32,000 bases of DNA from Wallemia ichthyophaga EXF-994 (lineage: Eukaryota > Fungi > Basidiomycota). Of the stretch, positions 24,357 through 32,000 are shown piece after piece. A program made the position numbers and the translations under genes. The number at the start of each line of letters is the position of its first letter. The first letter of the stretch is position 1. A model generated the notes under the pieces. The model was not told the origin of the DNA, searched no databases, and saw only the letters and a list, made by a program, of their open reading frames with translations. The stretch spans positions 648,156-680,155 of the forward strand of contig NW_008806275.1 in assembly GCF_000400465.1 (NCBI RefSeq). Reading direction: 5' to 3'.

Positions 24357-26062
24357 TTACAATCCCATCTTATGGCGCAACAGCACGCCTGCAACCATCA
24401 GCACCAACTTGATCCTCTTCCCGTACCTCTTCAGCGCCAGATGCAGCAGCGTCACCACCAGATCCCACATGCGCGGTTTGGACTGCACGCTCAGCTTCCC
24501 CGTGCGTCTGCTTATAGAATAGATGGTTCTGTACTGAGTCTGCGTGTTAGATGGGCCACCTCGCTTTCTACACCCACCCCATACCGCGGATTGAGGTAGC
24601 TGTACCGATCTAATGTGTTTCTGGGCGTACTCACTGCACTTGCGATTGCGCTTGAATGCAGTGACCGCGACGGCGTCTCGCTCTCACTCTTCACACCCAC
24701 TCCCATTCTCTCTTTATGCCACGCGCTGATCTGCTCGCTGTAGCTGGTTAGGTCGCTGGGAACGAAAGGCTGGCTGCTATTGTCGTTCATTCTCCTACCC
24801 CGCTTTATCTGCAGCTGGAAACTCTGTGTGTGGTTCATCACACTGAGGTTGGTATATGAGCTGTCTGGGGTCTGCTTGGGGGTATACCACGGTGTGCTAC
24901 TCGACGTGCTCCTCTTAGCCGCCGTAAAATGCACCTCTGCCGGCGCAGATGTGGTCGCGTAGTCGGATATTCTGTCGTGTCTTCTCTCGCCGCCGAGGTC
25001 TGTATTTGTGTGGTTGTGTGAGTACTACTCATCGTCCAACGACACACCCACAAGTCGGCAGACTGTCCATCTCGAGCAGTTCCCCCATCCTGTCCCTCCC
25101 CACGAACGAAATCCTATCGACAATCTTCCTCGGCAGCAGTGGTTTTGCCATTCTCCACAGCGCATTAGTCCAGAGTTTGCTATTCACTATGACGACTGTC
25201 GGCGTGTTAGTGTTTCTTCGATATCTTAAACACTTGACACACTCTGTTTGCTCGTATTCGGGAAGTGCACGGAAATAATATCGGCGAAGAATCTGACTAT
25301 GTCGTAGTGTATATTCGCCATGCTCGCGTGTGTGGCATCGACCACCGTCAGGAATTCCACACATGGCTCTCTTTCGTTCTCCCTTCCCCGCCCATTTTGC
25401 GCCTGCATCAACCTTCGCCCCACTTCCCATATGTACAGCACGCTCTCCTTGATTTCGTCGAACGCGTCGTCGTCGTGTGTGCCATATGTCTGCCTGGGTA
25501 CAACTTGCGAGAGGGTGACGACAAGCACAAGTCTTCCGAGCCTGTCTGTTGCGTCCTTTAAGAAATATGCTACTGGCGGGGGTGACGCGTCTAATTGTTC
25601 GTCCTCCGCGCTCTCCCGGTCTCCCTCACCAACCACACCACCCGATATAAGGCTCAGCAGCGACGGCAATTCGAGACGATCAAGATTGGACTGGAGACGT
25701 ATACGCAGATGCTCCTTGATGGCCTTGTACGCGGCATCCCCATCGTAGTGCGCTTTCTGTATACGTCATGCGTTATCAGCTGGTGATGTAACCGTGAACG
25801 CAAACCGAAGCTCACCTTGAGGAATCTGAAGATAGAGCCTGTGGGGTGGGTGTAAGTGCTTACTACTCTCGCATCCACTCTGCCCACCCTTATCGCGTAG
25901 GAACGTCGCTGATCTCTCGCGTACGTCGTCCATCTCCATCTCCATCTCCGTTTCACTCAGCTCTCCTTCTAGCTCGTCCACGCAGCGCCCCAGCAACTCA
26001 CTCTGCAACGCTTGCACTGCCTCTTTGTTCTCGAAATATTCTTGAGCCTGCGTTGTCATCAT
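24357..26062 (-). CDS. CRAL-TRIO (Sec14-like) lipid-binding domain protein; exons 26062-25888, 25838-25816, 25756-25243, 25195-25052, 24999-24578, 24533-24357 (start and last exon less certain)
   Basis: IFRFLKKAHYDGDAAYKAI (CRAL-TRIO N), DRLGRLVLVV, VVDATHASMAN, HFP...IVIVN...LWRMAKPLLP...DRISF. All five intron phases are consistent. Confidence 0.8.
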
Positions 26063-26489
26063 GTGATGGCTGTTGCTGTGAGAGATATTCGAGAGATATG
26101 AGATGTACTGTTGAGATACACTTTTGAGATATGTTTGGATATTACAAAGCCACACTATCGATCCATACAATACAATAACAGAAAAAAATACCATCTGTAC
26201 AATTTTCACATGTAAAAATGATTCAATATTCATGGTTGTAGATTAGAAAATCAAACATAAGATGTAGCAAGAATCTAAGTTGCGGTCATTTCCACTTCAG
26301 ACGCGCACCAGCTTCACCCAAACTAGTCTTGTGTCAGATACAAACTTGCTGAGGCCTTGAGGGGACCACTATAAAAAGACGCAACTGTATGATGTCGTTG
26401 GGGAAGCAACTTGGACTATTTTTAAAAGCTGTTGCGCTGGCGCGGTGATCTCATCAGTAAACGAAATTTTGCTGTACTTGATAGCACAA

Positions 26490-26690
26490 CCCAAAGATAA
26501 CATCAAGATTGGATTTTATCATAAAAGACGTATTGCGATTATTCTAGGTAACAGAGTTTCAAAATAATATTAGAACAAGAAAGTAACGCGTGTAAGGGAT
26601 TAGCAAGATATAGCCAAGTTAGCGAGAAATGATTTGCAGTGCATGAATTATCAGAAAACTTGAAAAAACGCAAGGTCCCAGTCTATGAGA
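26490..26690 (+). repeat. Diverged direct repeat, copy 1 (partner at ~27875-28070)
   Basis: 26538-26603 matches 27924-27989 at 52/66 positions without gaps (offset 1386); visible similarity extends on both sides. Confidence 0.75.
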
Positions 26691-27874
26691 CAGAAAAATT
26701 CGAATCAATGCCAACTCGACATAATGTGATTTTGATAGCGACAACACAACGTCTAAAGTAGCATTGATAGTTAATGATTTGTCAAAGTAAATTAATGTCA
26801 AATTAAACCTTCAAGTGTTTTTGTTGGGTTAACTTGATGAAGAAAAAAAAAGTGAAAAAATGCGAGAATACGACTTCTCGCGATGCTGAGGATATTATGT
26901 TTCAATAGAGGTTTACCTTGGGACTTTTTTATAAATATTAAATAAACCAGAGTCTGATGATGAGCTGTGCCTGGTTTGAAAGTAAACTCTTTACTATCAA
27001 AAGATATGACAACGTCTAATGAGAAAACAAACATTCCACCGAGAGTGTAAGCAGAGCTGAATGATGAAACAGATGTAGAGTGTTTCAAGAAGCGTTCCCC
27101 AATTGGCTATTTTCTAAAATTTTAGGTGATTGTGATCCCAATAATTCAATTAATTAGAGCATCGTCTCATGAAACACTGCAACTCTTACAACCGCCAATG
27201 CTGCGCACATTTTCGTTGCTGAAGTATTAAGGTGTTCATTGCAGATTAATCAAGCATGAAGCTATTTAATGGGTAATGCTTTAGCCCATAAAGCTATTCA
27301 CCGCGTTCGTATATGTCCAAGTTGAAAATGGATAGAATATTGTTTAATAACCTTGAATAAACCGTCGTCACCTTCACTTCACTAACAACTGCAATAATTG
27401 AGCGTATTTTTGACAAGAGATTGCAAAACCACTGATCAATCACGTAAGAAATTTATTGGGGATAAGATTTAAGAGACAACTGTTTCATTTCTGAAAATGC
27501 TGAGCTCAGCTGGTCTAGTGTAATTATGGCTGCTCTGAATGCTTCGATATTATGGAGTTCAATGCGATTTGGACTAAGCAAGATTCTAGCCTGGCATTGC
27601 TCGAAACCCATATTTTACTAAATTTCTGAATCCAGTCTCTAAATCTGCAAAGTTTTTAGATGAGAGGGGTTTACGACGTCGCTAGCGGAGAATCTCGAGA
27701 GTGCCATGACTACTGATCATGTCGCTCATTGGACTTAATGATTTCAGAGTTGATATCGGTACATGATGGATGTCTTTTTCTTTAATTCTTAAACTGTCTT
27801 TTGATCTGATACCTGCAAATTAAAAATGACAAGTGTATCAAGCTTGCTCAGTTACGTTCCACCTCCACCACAGC

Positions 27875-28070
27875 GAAGATCATATCAAATTAATCATATT
27901 CATTATACAAGATGTGTATTTCGATTATTCTAATTTCTAAAATTTCAAAATAGTATCAGAACAGTAAAGCAACGTGTGTAAGAGATTAGTGAGAGAATGT
28001 GAAACTAGTGAAAAATGGTAGGAATGCGTGAAATATTAAAAATCTTGAAGAAAACGCGAGATCCTATTCT
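27875..28070 (+). repeat. Diverged direct repeat, copy 2, directly abutting the stop codon of the STL1-like gene
   Basis: Same alignment as for copy 1. Confidence 0.75.
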
Positions 28071-30036
28071 ACGCCTTCATAGCTGCTCCATCTTGAGAGC
28101 TTCCGTCAGGTGAATCCTGATGTTGTCTCTTCTCAATATCCGCGTCTATACCAGACAAACCGAATCTGTCAAGTTCACTCTTGATCTCATCTTGAGAGAG
28201 CTTTGGCATTTCTTCAGCGACCTTCCAGTATGTCCTACCCTCAGTGTAACCAATCGCGAAGATGATATCGATTTCCTCCAGCGATCTACCGGCAGTCTCT
28301 GGATAGAAGAAGTAGATTACGGGAACAAAGAGAAGACAAATTGCACCTGATGTAATGTTAGCATACCCGAGCGAAAACTTTAGCTAACCCACCAAAGAAC
28401 GCAAATGTACCGAAATCAATACTAGCAAGCATTGGAGGTGTCCACTGCACCACAGCAAAATTCCAACTCCAGCTAGAAGAAAAATTTAAATGAGCCATTT
28501 GACGTTGAAATGGGATAAAACTTACTTGCTCATGGTGGAGATGGCGTTGGCGTTGGTGCGGATACGGAGAGGGTTGATCTCAGCAGGGTAGAGCCAAGGG
28601 AGCTCCAGCCAAGTGGCACCAAAGAAACCTAAGAACAAGAACATGCCAACGACGGATCCCTTGATGACTTCTTGAGGGTCTTGCCCGGAGTAAGACAAGC
28701 CTTCGTTTACTCTGTACTGTGGTATCATACATGCCATGATCAGAAGCATGGAAAGACCCTGGCCGACCGAGCCCCACAGGAACATCTTGCGTCTGCCAAC
28801 GTGCTCGACGAGCCAGTAGGAGCTGTAAGCGCAGAGGGCGTAGACAGTGACGTTAACACCACCGAGAATAAGCGCGAGATTACGGTCCAAACTGAGACGG
28901 TCTTCGAAGATAACTGGCGAGAAGTAGATGACTGCGTTGCAACCACCAATCTGGGAACTCAGGGTTAGACCAGAGTGTTTTAAGATGATATATACGCACC
29001 TGCTGGAAAAATTGGGAGTTAGCTCCAAGCCAGACTCTGCGAAAGTGCTGGGTCTTGCCACCGGTGAACACATCTGTCTTCTTTGCCTTGATGGCCGACA
29101 TCGCCTTGACGGAGTCCTTAATAATCTGTATTTCTTGGATGGCAATCTTGTCGGTCATTGGGACGTTGTTGAGGGAGGCGACAACGCGCGCTCCTTGCTC
29201 TTCGTAGCCATTGACGAGCAACCAGCGTGGCGAGTCAGGGAGGAAGAATGCACCGGCGAAAAGACCGAAGGCGAAAACAATTTGGAAGGCGATAGGGAAT
29301 CTCCAAGAGACATCCATAACATCACCATCGACGAAGGAAAGACCAAAGTCAATCCAGTATGCTATGACGGTACCAGTTGCAATCATAGAACCCTCGATAC
29401 AGACGAGAAGACCACGGTTGTGCGACTTGGATGTCTCAGCCTGCCATGAGGGGATGGTGGCTGTGTTTATACCATTTCCAATTCCCGTAACAACTCTACC
29501 AACACAAAATTGTGCTTCTGGCGTGGAGCCCTTGTAGCAAGTGACCTGAATAATTGTACCGAGAACCATGATAAGTGCCCCAATACCCATCATTTTACAT
29601 CTACCAAGTTTGTCACCCAAAAAGAGTGCACTCGCGGCACCCATAAGACATCCGATTTCGTACTGGTGGGGTGTGAGAAAATGTCTGATATAAATTAAAA
29701 CCCACAATTGAAGTGTATGTAGCTTGAATAATAGAAGCTTGTTCATCTGCTCCCTGAGGATCGCCCTGATAGCCGTTTTCAAGCTGCCAGTCTTGACTGA
29801 CTCTTGGAAAAACTTCTGCAAACTGTTTCGCTGAAATGATACCAGACATAACACCTTGATCTGTTGCAGGCGTTAGCATGGCGCAAACAGTAAGCAGATA
29901 GTCCCCCACCGTAACCGAAAAGGAGGAAACCGGTGGTGGCCGTGGTTGTGATTGCAGCAACCAACTTGTTACCTGTTAGCCCCATGAAGGTGGGCACACC
30001 TGAACTATTCTCTGCTGGTCCTGCTTTCTTGAACAT
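28069..30036 (-). CDS. STL1: MFS sugar porter, STL1-like glycerol/H+ symporter, 575 aa; exons 30036-29910, 29860-29706, 29662-29000, 28950-28526, 28472-28393, 28346-28069
   Basis: FGYDQGVMSG, GDKLGR, GRVVTGIGNG, PDSPRWL, QQIGGCNAVIYF, WLELPWLYPAEINPLRIRTNANAISTMSNW, YPETAGRSLEEID. The STL1 subfamily assignment is by resemblance. Confidence 0.85.
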
Positions 30037-30388
30037 ACTTGCCTGCTGCCTTGTGAGCTGGAGTAAAGTCTCAGTTAAGAATGACTCACAATTGAGTGTT
30101 CGTAGTTCAAGTTTAAGAGAAAGAGGGAATCGAGGTCCCAATCAATATTTCAATCAGGTGTCACGAGGCTGAAATTTGCTCGTCAGGAACAGTACCACAT
30201 GAGCCTCCTATGCAATAACTCGGTATTGTATATGTGTAAAAAAATGCAATTTGTATTCATTTATCGTGTGAAAATAACCATGTCTTAATGCAACCTATTG
30301 CAGCCTAATGCAGCCAATCGAGTAAGTCCGGGAACCGGCCCAAACATACGCACCACTCTAATTTTTAATAAAATGGCTCAGTAAACAC

Positions 30389-32000
30389 TTAGAAAGATTC
30401 TTTGTAGAAGCTACCTTGTGTCAGCCTGTCACGCTGTCACAGTGCATGCTCACCTGAACTCGACCTCCTCGTCCTTCCCCACACTTTTAATAGCTTCCTG
30501 AAGTGACTTACCGAGCGGACCAGGTCCGCAAAAAAAGGTGGCGATATTCGTTTTAAGGCGTGCTTCTCTGCCATGGATATATGTGGAGTCTGCCTGGGTA
30601 ATTGAGCGCTTCAACTCGCTATAGATGTGCCTCCAATCAGGCCTCCCGAATCGTGTGCGAGCTCTGAGACTTGTGAGTGGGTCAGCCTTGGCGCCTCTGA
30701 GACTTATGAGTAATATTAGTAAGCTATTTGCAGCACCTACACATCATTCAACGTTATGTTGTGTATCATGTCATCTTCCCATCTTGTGAGATAGATATTG
30801 ATCGAGATAAACGACGAGTGCATTTGCTGACCCTCCTCGATTGCTATAAGAAGTTTCTTAAACCATATAAGAGATCTTTTCGGAATCATTGAGTCAGTGG
30901 TGGGGCCTCGTATCGTCTCGTACCTGGCTTACTCGGTTTCACGGCAAATCCAGTAGAACTCGACTCGTTTAAGAGTTCCGAGTTGGTCATTCGCGTTGCG
31001 GTACCTTTGTGAAATATTGAGATTAACCCAAAAGGGCAACTCAACCCACCATAAACTCTTCAATATCGAGGCGAACGGGGTCACGCCGATACCCGCACCA
31101 ACGAGAACGACCACCTCTTGCTTGAGTGCGTGCTGTAGTAAATTATTGGTAATTAATGCACACTCCGCCAACGTCAACGTCACGTACATCTGCTGGTGCA
31201 CCGTATGGACCGTCCACCAGGAATTTCGGCATCTTGCAGTTGCATATGACTTGTGATACATAATCAGAGCTCAAATCATCCTGCTTACCGGTGCCGCTAT
31301 TCATAGCCACACCAAATAATGCGCCCAACGACTTGCTAAAGTCACCGACCTGTCTTACGTGTACGGATATGAACTCATCTTCAGGTGCGCTGTGGCTGAT
31401 TAGCTGGTAGCAACTATGCAAAACTAAACTTACGATGTGATTGTGAACTGCAAAGAATTTCAGCACGTCCAAAGAGCAAACCACGTGGTGTGACCTACTG
31501 GATGCCACTGGAACTTGGATATCTCAGGAACTTGAATCCAAATATATTGACCACTCTTGTATCTAAATGTAGGAGAGGATTAAGAGTGTGCTCTTGATTT
31601 CTCCTCACCCCACTCACTTCAAAGATGGCTAGAGATGCTATGTTAATCGATATGACATAACGCCTTGAAAAAAGCGCACTTTTGCAAAACGTATCTCAAT
31701 CGTGTTTCCAGGATGAACAAGTACTTCTGTAATGTATGTTTTGAGGAAACGTGCTCGTGCCTCCCTAAACAACCGTTCAAAGATGTATGCGATAAATGGC
31801 CACTGTTGTAATGGTTAGAGGGGAGTGAATATGCGTATGATCCGCACAATAATGAATCTCCAGCTACGCAAGTGTCATTAGGCATAAAATACCCTTAAAA
31901 CACACTACACCCACCTCTCATAACCCAGACAATGCTCAGTTGAATAGTAAGGAAAGTAACTACGGAAGTCAGGTGCGGGTGTGTCACGCACGAAACATCC
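30389..32000 (-). CDS. noxA: NADPH oxidase NoxA/Nox1-type, C-terminal part (5' end outside the window); 12 exons and 11 introns in the window
   Basis: Spliced product: GCFVRD...HCLGYESWR...[76 protein letters not shown]. Exons 32000-31915, 31863-31848, 31802-31680, 31628-31618, 31562-31499, 31447-31434, 31389-31188, 31132-31050, 31004-30933, 30875-30741, 30696-30454, 30410-30389. Confidence 0.9.

Noticed and set aside
26063-26233. Upstream in-frame extension of the CRAL-TRIO ORF with a hydrophobic segment
   Set aside because: AT-rich, UTR-like composition; MMTTQ at 26062 is the more plausible start, although this is unproven without transcript data.

Overview
Gene-dense fungal (basidiomycete-type) nuclear DNA. 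I count 43 short GT-AG introns (43-63 nt), so the ORF track fragments most genes. A compact, Wallemia-like genome is my inference from gene density, intron size and the STL1-like gene; it is not proven. Content in order: a tandem SDR array (3' end of one copy, one decayed copy, one intact copy), tRNA-Leu(AAG), FIT/Scs3, ATP sulfurylase MET3, tRNA-Asn(GTT), a PRELI/Ups2-like gene, a cytochrome b5-domain gene, eIF3j, a ~1274-aa BTB-BTB/SxIP/CAP-Gly protein, two tandem orphan 7TM receptor-like genes, APC10, DAHP synthase, a perilipin-like gene, RPS10, a CRAL-TRIO gene, an STL1-like sugar/glycerol transporter and the 3' part of an intron-rich NoxA NADPH oxidase. The most interesting signal is not in the ORF track: two remnants of a non-LTR retrotransposon share a 68-nt 3' end (63/68 identical) ending in (TCA)n. 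One keeps RNase H and CCHC motifs; the other is a ~170-bp copy flanked by a 13-bp target-site duplication. Each lies upstream of, and divergent from, one of the two tRNA genes. This suggests a tRNA-gene-associated fungal LINE family, but it rests on only two insertions.
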